A stretch of DNA of 63,279 bases, the filler included, from Reticulomyxa filosa (Eukaryota; Protista; Foraminifera): NCBI GenBank assembly GCA_000512085.1. It is 13 parts of 13 records of this genome, joined end to end, with 100 filler letters (N's around TTAATTAATTAA, not from the genome) between each part and the next. Parts side by side here need not be neighbours in the genome. Positions count along the whole stretch, not along the records: positions 48,862 to 58,680 come from ASPP01032852.1; positions 58,781 to 61,966 come from ASPP01001840.1; positions 62,067 to 63,279 come from ASPP01029025.1; 10 more parts are not named here. One strand, written 5' to 3'. Within the stretch, counting starts at the first letter, position 1. Each line of letters begins with the position of its first letter. A program made the position numbers and the translations under genes. The notes beneath the pieces are model-generated. The model was given only the letters and a program-made list of their open reading frames with translations, made no database searches and was not told where the DNA came from. This document shows positions 53,637 through 63,279 of this stretch, piece by piece.

Positions 53637-55912
53637 TTACAATGGCCTCCACAGTGCAATAGTTGTATCAGCAGAACATGACACAATTGTATTGCCATCA
53701 GATGAGACATCTATCCTTGTCACAATTTTGGAGTGTGCTTTCAATTTTTGTACTTCTATTCCTAATATTACATCCCATATTTGAATTACTAAGTTGTCTG
53801 AGCATGAGACAATAGTTTGACCATCCGGACAGAATTTCAGATCTCTTATGGTATATTCATTTCTTTTAAATTCTTTCAATTTTCTTCCTGCATCCACATC
53901 CCATATTCGAATTATTTTATCGTTCGAACAAGAAGCAATAGATCGACCATCCGGAGAAAATTCAACTTTAAATACATTACTATTAGGTACTTTAAATTCC
54001 TGCATTTTCTGACCTGATTTGATGTTCCATATAATAATTGTGTTGTCATTAGATGATGATACTACTTTTTCACCACATGGAGAAAAATTTATGTCATTTA
54101 CCCAGTGTAAATGTCCTTCAAACTTTTTTATTTCTTTACCAGATTTTGCATTCCACAATCGAATTGTTTTGTCGTGTGAAGCTGATACAATAATATTACC
54201 ATCTGGTGAAAATTGGGCAGCAGTTACACTGCTTAAATGTCCTTCTAATTTCTTTAATTCACTTCCTGTCGTGATATCCCACAATCGAATTGTTTTGTCA
54301 CTTGAACTTGACACAATCATATTTCCATTTGGTGAAAATTTTGCATCCAATACCCAATCTAAATGTCCTTTTAATGTTTGAATCTCTGTCCCTAATTGTG
54401 TATCCCATATCCGAACAACTTTATCAAATGAAGATGACACAAATTTGTTACCATCTGGCGAAAATTTTACACTTGTTGTACCAGATGGACGTCCAATGAA
54501 TTTTCTTAACAGTTTAAAATATTTTGGCTGTTGGACATCCAATAAAATGAATACTAAAAAATTTAAAAAAGAAAATATAAATATACCGAAACATATCGCC
54601 TGATGATGCTGTAGAAATCACTAATCCATCCAATGTTAATGGACAATAACCGAAGCCAATATTTAACCACTGTTTCAACCCTTTTGTAAGCTTTGTATTT
54701 ATATTTTTTTCTAACAAAAAAATACTTATTTCTATGACAATAAAAAGAAATATGATACAACTTTTAACTTGTTATTTGAAGTCCTCGTTTTGTTTCACTA
54801 CTCTCTAATGCAAAAAGCTTTTTTTCGTTTTCAATATGTTGCATTTCTCTTTCATTTTCTTCTGACAAAATCCATTGCTTTTCTTTTTCTGTTTCTTTTT
54901 TTTTCCATTCATTCACTTTTGTTTTCAGATGTACAGATGTTGTCCTATATCTATCATTTTCTCCTCCGAGAATATGTAAATATGCGCTGTCTTCACTCAA
55001 TATTGCAACAGAATGATACAATAGAATAGGTAGAGTATGTTCAAATTTCATCCATTTATCTTCTGTTATTGAATATTTGTGCACACTATGTATCACATGT
55101 CCATTTCCATTGTTTCCACCAAAAAATAAAATTATATCATCAATACATGCATATGCATAACACTTGAAGGATTGCATCGTTGTACAAACCCGCAAATATC
55201 GAAATTGAAATTCATTATTATCTTCATCATATTCAATTGCAAGTCCTGTTGATCTACAAAATAACAGCATTTCAATCTTCTTTTTTTCATTTGTTAATTT
55301 ACTTTTGACTGTTCTCGATACAAAACAATGATAACATAAATCGTTGTCAACAGGTAAAATACTTTGATTAATATATTGGAATATGGTCAAATCAAAGATG
55401 TCAATATTTTTTGGGGCATACGTAATGAACAATAAATTATTGTTACTTCCACCAATCAAAGCACGCATTCCTTGATATATACCTTGAATTTTACCAATAC
55501 AAATTGGATTGCTATAATTGTCAACATATGGAAGCCATTGATTGTAATGTTTTTGTTTGTTTTCAATTTCAGTTTCATCCCAAACGCTCACATAATACAT
55601 GGCCAACGTGTGCTTTTTTTCATTATGACCTTGTCCGCCAAAAGATAATAAAGCAATATCACTTGGACTGTTGTTCATAATCTTTATTACGTTATGTCCA
55701 AGTAATGTAACATCATCTGGATAAGAACAAATGTATTTGTACTGATTTTTAAGTGTATGATACGAATAACATTCATTATTACGATAGCTTCCACAGATTA
55801 GAATTTCATATTTATGAATTACGCACTGAGCACGTTGAAGCGGAAGAGGCAATGAAGCCAAAGACTGAAAAGGGGTTGGACATTGTTCTTGTTCTGTGCC
55901 ATTTGATTTCAT
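53637..55912 (-). CDS. Kelch-like beta-propeller + 33-aa module + WD40 propeller fusion (exons 55912-54769, 54690-54593, 54527-53637)
   Basis: Kelch-type GG motifs (LLSFGG, ILFFGG..HKYSITEDKW, LHILGG), a charged helix, then two phase-compatible introns leading into 7 WD40 repeats. Confidence 0.8.
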
Positions 55913-56484
55913 TTTGGTGCAAATTAAACGGGATGATCTCTCAACTAACTTGTTTAACGTGTTTATATTGAAAGGGACAATACTTAAACTCAAGTTACTA
56001 GAACTTTGTGGTTCAAACAAGTGTAAAAAATGGTTTGCTGATTTTTTAAGTGGAAGCATTTCATTTGTACACTTTTCAATTTGACATAAAAATAAATTAA
56101 AGCGTTTACAATGTAAATTAAATTCCAAAATGATTTTCATAAAAGAAGTGGTAAACAAAAAAGGAGAGCTTGGAACAACCGTAACACTATTCCAATGTTT
56201 ATAACACGAAAAAAAATCTGAACGTTGTTACAACGTTAACATGTTGACTCTGCATTCCCTTGATCTTCACTTTGAAATGACTTGCACTGTACAGCCAGTT
56301 CTGAAAGTTCGATTTGTAACTTATCCACAAATTTCTTTTTTACGTACTTTAATAAAAAAAATGAAACGCGTACTTGCTCTGGTAGCATTTTTTGAGGGTT
56401 TTTTGACAGTTTTGAGAAGGGAACAGGAGATTTACCGTTCCAAAAATTTTAATATGTAAAAAAAGCTTTGGGAAGGTCTCATCA

Positions 56485-57053
56485 ATGGCAACAGGTTCCA
56501 CGTCACTTTGGTTTTTTTTTGGGCTGGATGTTATGATATGTGTGATAACATTCTTATTTTCATGGTATTTCACTTGCCTTTTATTGCGATTTCAAGCAAG
56601 AAAATGGTTCAAAAAGAGGTGTGCAAGCCAAAGGGGAGAAGAGGGAAGCAAAAAAAAAAAGCAATTGAGGAACTTAAAAAAAAAAAAGAAAAGGACGTGC
56701 ATTGGTGCTGATGTGTTTTATATGGTGTTGTATTGTAATATTACTCATTGGTGAAACATTTTTCAAGTTGTTTCCTCCACTGACAACCAGATCACGGCAC
56801 GTATCACATGAAAATGACACATTACAAGAAAACCCAGTTTTGAGAACAATTCACGGAGCAATTAACTGTTTAATGATAACATTGTTGGCAACCGCTGTGG
56901 CATTATATTTTTACCGCGCGTGGTTGACGTACTTTGCAATTTGTCATATTTTTTACACATTCCAAGCACAGGTTGTTGTTTTTTTTTTTTTTGTAACAAT
57001 AAGGGAGGTTTAATGTGCGTTTTTTCGGAATCGCTGACTAAGCAAACCTCTTC

Positions 57054-57084
<31 letters not shown>

Positions 57085-58680
57085 GATGGTGAGATAGGAA
57101 AAGGGAGGGAAAATAAAACAACAACAAAAATAGTGGAAATCAATCATTGACCCAATCACCTACGTCCCAAGCAACAATTTTTATGTGCATCATCACAGTC
57201 GTTATGGAAATGGACACTGGGTAAAGCGAAGATTGTTCGTCATTGTGCCTGTTTGCTTAATTTTGTACATGCCCTTTTTTATAAGGTGTGCACGTCTTTT
57301 GCGTGTGGTCCATACTCATATATGTATGTAAATACACATGTATATGAAGTATGTAAAGTGTCACGATGTACATAAGCCCCGACTTCAATGACACTCTGTT
57401 GTGACACGAAAGAGTGGGAAAAGTGCAATGGAATGCCCGCATAACAGCGAATGATGTGTATGTATTTGCGTATTTGTGTGGGGTTTGTTTTGTAATAGCC
57501 AGCAAGCGTGCCAAGGCGAAAATACTACATGTTATTTAGTGACCCGAATGGCGACTTGGTTGTTTGGCGCAATTGTTTTAGGTATGGGTCATAAGAGGAA
57601 GAGAAGAAGAAGAAGAAGAAGAAGAAAAAAAAGGAGAAAAAACAAACAAACAAACAAACAAACAAACAAACAAACAAACAAATAAACAAAATAAATGTTA
57701 ATCAATTCATTTAAAAAAGCCAAATTATTATATGTACATATAATTGTAAAAGTGTTGATGATAATAACGGTGCTACTACTGGTGGGGTTGCATCGAATGG
57801 CATTGGCGTTTGACGACGACATTTACTTGAGAGCAGAGATAGTGCGCGTAGGTACAATGGCGGTGTGCATAGCGTCGGCGCTGTTTGGCGTCGGCGTGTG
57901 GGAGTTTAGCAGTGACAATCCGAATCCAATGCTGTTTGGCACATTGAACGTAGTGGGACGTTGCGCATTTATACTCTACTTGTGCGTATTTGAGGTATCG
58001 AACATTATATATTGGAACGAGGTTTCGCAGAAGCAAATGAATGGATGGAGGGTCACTTCTGCAGGGACGGTTCAAAGCACTTCGCTGCAAATGTCCTCCT
58101 CCTCCCCTCTTCCCCCTCCCCCGCTTGCGCTACATGCCAGTCCCAACGACTGCTTCGATATCAACTCATGCTTTCATCCGTGCTGGATTCACGCCAATTG
58201 GAATACTATTCATCTGCGGCTCACCAGTCAGTACAAACGCACGGGCGTCTCCGTCTCCATGCTGGACGACACACATTCGAGGTTGGAATACGCCTTGAGA
58301 GATGGCGAGTGGATCGATTGGTTTATTCGTCATTTGAGCAAAGAATATAGCATTGGTTTTTTTTTTTTTTTTTTTTTGTTGTTTTTTTTTCGTTACTTAT
58401 TTATTTATATATACGTATACATGTATATATAATGTGCATGTATTTATCTTTTAACTTTTTTAAAAAATAAATAAACAGAATTACTTTTGTCGTTTATTGA
58501 AATGGGACAATTTGTGGAAGAAATGCAAACACAATTCGAAGAGCTGAAAGAGGAAGAAAGCGTTTTAAACCAAATTGGAATCAAACTGCCGTCCAATTTG
58601 CCCAGGTCTGTGCTCGTCTTTGACGAGGCCAAAATCAATGACCAAATCGATGAATGGACTAATAAGTATCCTTCTGTGGG
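56485..58680 (+). CDS. Multi-TM (7TM) RGS-domain protein, 3' truncated
   Basis: Several N-terminal TM segments, then LEYALRDGEWIDWFIRHLSKEYSI/ELLLSFIEMGQF (intron 58356-58478), matching the RGS box F..(F/H)L..E(F/Y)S.E.L.F..E. Confidence 0.75.
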
Positions 58681-58780
58681 NNNNNNNNNNNNNNNNNNNN
58701 NNNNNNNNNNNNNNNNNNNNNNNNTTAATTAATTAANNNNNNNNNNNNNNNNNNNNNNNNNNNNNNNNNNNNNNNNNNNN

Positions 58781-59822
58781 TGTGTGTATAGGTGATGTGT
58801 TGGTGCGTAATCCCAATGTCGAGGCATTTGGTGTCGAGTGGATCGCCGAACCACTTGAGGCAAATATCGCCTGGTCTGTGGTGTGAGATGTCGTTGGCCC
58901 GAATTTCCCTGTCATGTGGAATGTTAGCTCGCTTTAATAAGTTTGAGATACAAGCAACAACTCCATCATGGCGAGAGACACAGCCTTTTCCAAAGTGGCA
59001 CGATAGTGCGTGGTTTCCGACTGACACTTGATTTTAAAAGTTTGCCTTAACCCCAAGCGAAACCGCAAAAACGCACGAAGTTCGTTGTTGTCAAGTAGTG
59101 TGCGTCGAAACTGTTGGGAAGCGCTTTGATGTAATTTGACGCGAGTGGCTTGGAGATGGCCTTAGCCAGGATGCGTTGTTCCGGTGTTTGTTTCTCGCTC
59201 AATTCATTTTGGATCAGCGAGTTAATCTTCTTTGATAATTTCGCTTGACTTGGAGCAAATGTACAGTCAGTTATATTATCGTGTGGCTTGGTGTTTTTGT
59301 TGTAATGTGTAATAGCGTCCTCAACCTCGTTCTGGGAGGACCAGCTGACACTTTGAATGTGGGGATGGATCAAAGGTAGTTATTGTTCTGCCGCTAGGGC
59401 GGATGTGATGAAGGCGGCGCTGGAGTGTGCGTTTGCGGAATTGATGCACAAGCATCCCTTTTTCATTGGTATTTGGCACTGAATCCACTGACAATTCGTA
59501 AGTGGACATGAGAGGATGGATTCGGTGCAGCGTTTGACATTATCGTCGAACTGATTGGTCCAGTTGTAAGCGCCTTTTGCGAGTTGGTTCTCATGTGATA
59601 CATTGCCTTTGTTGTGTTGAGTGAGTTTCTGATTAACAATAACATGGTTTGTGCTTGCTTCAGGTTGAGGAGATTATCAAATTGGTGGTCCCAGTCCCGG
59701 AGAATCGCATCCATCTCTTTCCTCGTGTGTACGTCATCGCCAATGGGGGCACCCACAATTGATGTATTGAATGATTTATTATGTGGGATCAAGTTATTGT
59801 TATTAAATAATAACACAACCAT
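58781..59822 (-). mobile_element. Decayed non-LTR retrotransposon fragment, CRE-like clade with restriction-like endonuclease
   Basis: IVGAPIG (end of RT), TMLLLIRNS..TKAMYHMRT, SAAFITS, YIKALP, LRFRLG, HALSC..G.G..SRHD (zinc knuckle + RHD) and RPGDI...CLDIGITH (RLE PD-D motif). At least 3 frame breaks. Confidence 0.85.
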
Positions 59823-61386
59823 TTGATAATTTGTTTTGTGTTATTATTTTTTTATTTCCATTTAATAACATTTACCCTTTTTTTTGGAAAGACAATAAAG
59901 TGTAATATAACGGATAAGACTTGCTTTGTCTTAAATAATTTAATTATTTTTTATGTACTTGATATTTCATCGTATTGTCTCATTATACAAATTGCTATGT
60001 AACGTTCAGTTGTTTTGTCTTTTTTTTACATATTTATACTAAATAATTAATACAGCAGTAACAAAAGGATTCTTTGATCCGAAAGTATCAATATAAAGTT
60101 ATTGTTGTGAGTTATTGCATTTTTTTCAAAGATTGGTTTTGAAGAAACTTTTTTCATGCACGAGAAAACAAAATAAAACTTCAAAAAGGGTAATAATCTC
60201 CACATTGCATTAGCAATGCTTTTTTCTTTAAATTGATTAGTTCTTACAGAAACGCATAAGACTTATATTTTTTGTGAGTCTCATGCACACAATATCAATT
60301 TTCAACCCCCTTTCGCATAAGAACAAGTTTTCCAAAATTTATTCAAAAGGAAAAAGAAAAGTGATCAATCTTCACGATATTATTCCAAATTATAATTACT
60401 CTTTCTATTAAGGAATTTATTTGAAAAAACAAAAGTTAGTTTTTCCTTGAAGTTTGAAACGTTGTAATTTTAAGGAGCTGGAATTATTACTTCAAAAGTT
60501 TATTGCTTGTGTGATCACAACTTTTGTTATTGTATGTTTGTAGAAAAACGTTTGTTAGTTATCACAACGCACTAACACTGTTGGCGAGTGTACGTTGCGG
60601 AAAGTCTTTGAAACAAAAAAATGTTGTATGCTTTCTGAAATTTTTTAAATTCAAGGTAGATGGAAAGAGGCATACAAATATTGTGCAAAAAATATCAACA
60701 AACATTACCAAATACAAAGAGTAATGTACTTATTTGTGGATATAACATAGTTTTAATAAGCAGAAATTTACAAATTACATTTGCTGCTTGGGCATGCTGT
60801 ATGCTCTTAAAATCACATATTCATCTTGTTCAGCTAGCATTATGACAGTAATGCTAAGGAATTTAAGTCGTCAGAGACAAAAATATATTCTTTCAATTTA
60901 AAAAATAAATAAGTATAACACAAGGCCACAAATAAAGCGCATACTAACGTCAAACAACATATCTAACCAAAAAATATTTACAAACACAACTTGAAGTTAC
61001 ATCATTAGATTCCAAAAAATACAAAATGTATATAATACAAATTATGCAATATGTCAACTAAATATAACGCATTCCATCAATTTCAATCAATCAACATTTG
61101 CGTCTCTCAATCTGACATTATCCAATTTGACAACTAAACAATTTCAAAAAATAAAAAGAAGACAAAAGCGAAAAGAAATCATTTATAATGTATAAACATG
61201 AATCATGTTATATAAGATTAATTTTCTATTAAAATATTGATTATTTAAAAAAAAAACATTAAAAAATAAAAAATAATTGGAAAAATTGGGGGAGCACTGA
61301 TTAATCAGTGAGAACCCTAGTCTGCGATCACTTGTTGGAAACTCTGAACCCCATATCTACTGTAAAAAAGGTTGTTTTCTTGGAAT

Positions 61387-61457
61387 CCTTATAATACAAT
61401 AACAATAACTTATAAGGTCATTGCTATTGTATTATAAGGCCCCAACCTTATAATACA
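61387..61457. repeat. 53-nt near-perfect palindrome plus a third arm
   Basis: ccttataatacaat (61387-61400) pairs with attgtattataagg (61426-61439); ccttataataca recurs at 61446-61457. Confidence 0.9.
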
Positions 61458-62100
61458 GCAGCTACCCTATGAAGAGAACTAGTGTAGACTATGGAGCCGA
61501 CTATCCTTCTTGCATGGTCGCCATTCAATAGTAGCGTTACCATTCGCAAGAATACGAGATCTATGAAGAGTATAGCTAGTGATATAAAAATATCATAGGC
61601 AGTCTTCGTAAAAGTTCTCCCAAATGGAAAAACCGGTATGAGGAAAAAAGAAATATACATATTATAAAGAATGAGTCAAAATGTCATTTTATCAACTATT
61701 AATATACACAAACTACTTAATTTTATGCACTTGTTATTATCCATACAAAAAAGCGCAACTCATATTATATAAAAAAATATAATGATCATTAAAAAATTTT
61801 TACTATTATTATTCGCAATAAAAGTTAAGCATCCGAGCAATCCCCTTTTGAAGTTGAATACTCAGTGTATTAAACATCTTTGTCTTGGTCTTGGCTAAAT
61901 CTGGTGCACGTTTATAAGCTTGATTACTTTCAAAATATAATATCTTTCTAATTTCATCATAAGTCANNNNNNNNNNNNNNNNNNNNNNNNNNNNNNNNNN
62001 NNNNNNNNNNTTAATTAATTAANNNNNNNNNNNNNNNNNNNNNNNNNNNNNNNNNNNNNNNNNNNNATTTTTTATTTTTTAATTCAAAAAAAAAAAAGAG

Positions 62101-63111
62101 ATGATTACATCATCAAAAGCCGTGCAAATAGGATTAGATGTAGTTGATAGTATGTTATATTATTTTGTGGAAGATGGAACAAGTGAGGAACGAAAATCAA
62201 AAGATAATGATAAAAACTGGATGGAACATCAACAATCACTTTCTCGTCAATACCGAAAATGTGTAACCAAAGATTATAAAAATGGTCATGCAAGTTTTGT
62301 TTATTAATAAATATATAATTATCTTTTTCTATTTTCTCTTAAAGAAAGAGGGGAAAAAAAAAAGTTATCACAGCTAGTCTGATTGATCGTGTAATCAAAA
62401 CTATCACGCTTTACATTTTAGAAGATGAATTATAATTCCTACCTCAATTTGTGGATATTGTGCTGCCCATAATTTTATTAAATGATCATTATATCATTAC
62501 TTATGCTGATGTGCTTTCATCACTTTTAACAATCAAACCAATACACTTTTATGGAAAAGTCTTCAACAACATATGTATTTGTGCGAATTGTTGACCAATA
62601 TTTACCCAAACTCATTTGCAAATCATCTACATCTCAAGATATGATACAAGAGGAAAAAAAGAAAGAAGATAATGATATTATATTTCCTTTAGATAAAATA
62701 TTAGGTTTAGAAAATCTGTTAGCAGAAGGATTTGAACCTGAATTTGAATATGATAAAATTATTAAAAGTATGACAAGTAGTATTAAGGTAAAAATTATTG
62801 ATGAAAATAAAGAAGACGAACAATGGCAGAATACAAATATTGATCAATCATTACAAAATGAAACAGTAATATTAAAATTATATGAAGTATTAAAAGAATT
62901 ATCAAAAAAAAATAAATGGAGTTTAATGCCTGCATTAATGTTTGTATTACTAAAAATTTTATTATTTAATGAAAATCATCATTATCATTGTCCAAAAAAA
63001 GAAATTTTAGAAGATATTATTAATCTTGCTATTGGATGTCAGCAAGAAAGACATTTATGGTTTGAAGATATAGAAACTGGTTTGAATGTTTTCAAATCTA
63101 TAAATAAATAA
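62101..63111 (+). pseudogene. Hypothetical helical protein, frameshifted or degenerate
   Basis: Coding-like ORFs 62101-62307 and 62551-63111 bridged by a segment with an in-frame stop and a frame change. Confidence 0.35.
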
Positions 63112-63279
63112 AATATTTTATAAACTAAGTAGTATAATTATAATAATAAAAATAAATCAAACAACGAATGGAAAATGTTATAGTTGCTATTGAATGAAAT
63201 AAGAAATTGTATTCATTGTTTAAATTTTCAATAAGATTTGTTGAAATTATGGAATTGTCCTCTTTTATCCTCAAAAAAA

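Noticed and set aside
27324-58680. Apparent G-protein signalling cluster (G-beta, 7TM, 7TM-RGS)
   Set aside because: The genes lie on different contigs separated by linkers, so their proximity is not biological.
8831-62066. Recurrent TTAATTAATTAA motif flanked by N runs, superficially like a repeat array
   Set aside because: It is an identical 100-nt artificial spacer with stops in all six frames, so it is a concatenation artefact.

Overview
This window is AT-rich, intron-containing eukaryotic DNA, not one locus. Twelve identical 100-nt linkers (N44-TTAATTAATTAA-N44) join 13 separate contigs, so gene neighbourhoods only mean something within a contig. The gene families, microsatellite-rich introns and heavy pseudogene load resemble a rhizarian/foraminiferan such as Reticulomyxa filosa (my inference, not checked). 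Recognisable genes: an L-amino-acid-ligase-type ATP-grasp protein, IWS1/Spn1, an Argonaute/PIWI 5' end, an XK-related membrane protein, a C2H2 zinc-finger protein, a ROX/cupin-4-type JmjC oxygenase, a RING-H2 protein, VPS35L, a Pumilio/PUF protein, an orphan 7TM protein, an MFS sugar porter, eIF2-beta, three WD40 genes (one fused to a Kelch-like domain) and a 7TM-RGS protein. There are also HSP90 and G-beta pseudogenes and a decayed CRE-like RLE retrotransposon. The best candidate for an undescribed system is a 33-codon module on its own exon, shared by all three beta-propeller genes at 50.3-56.2 kb, which may be a lineage-specific adaptor box. Also notable are introns with U-rich 5' ends and A-rich 3' ends (no polypyrimidine tract), a PUF protein with a rewritten RNA-recognition code, and a three-arm hairpin at 61.4 kb. 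Splice sites were assigned by eye and no database searches were run.
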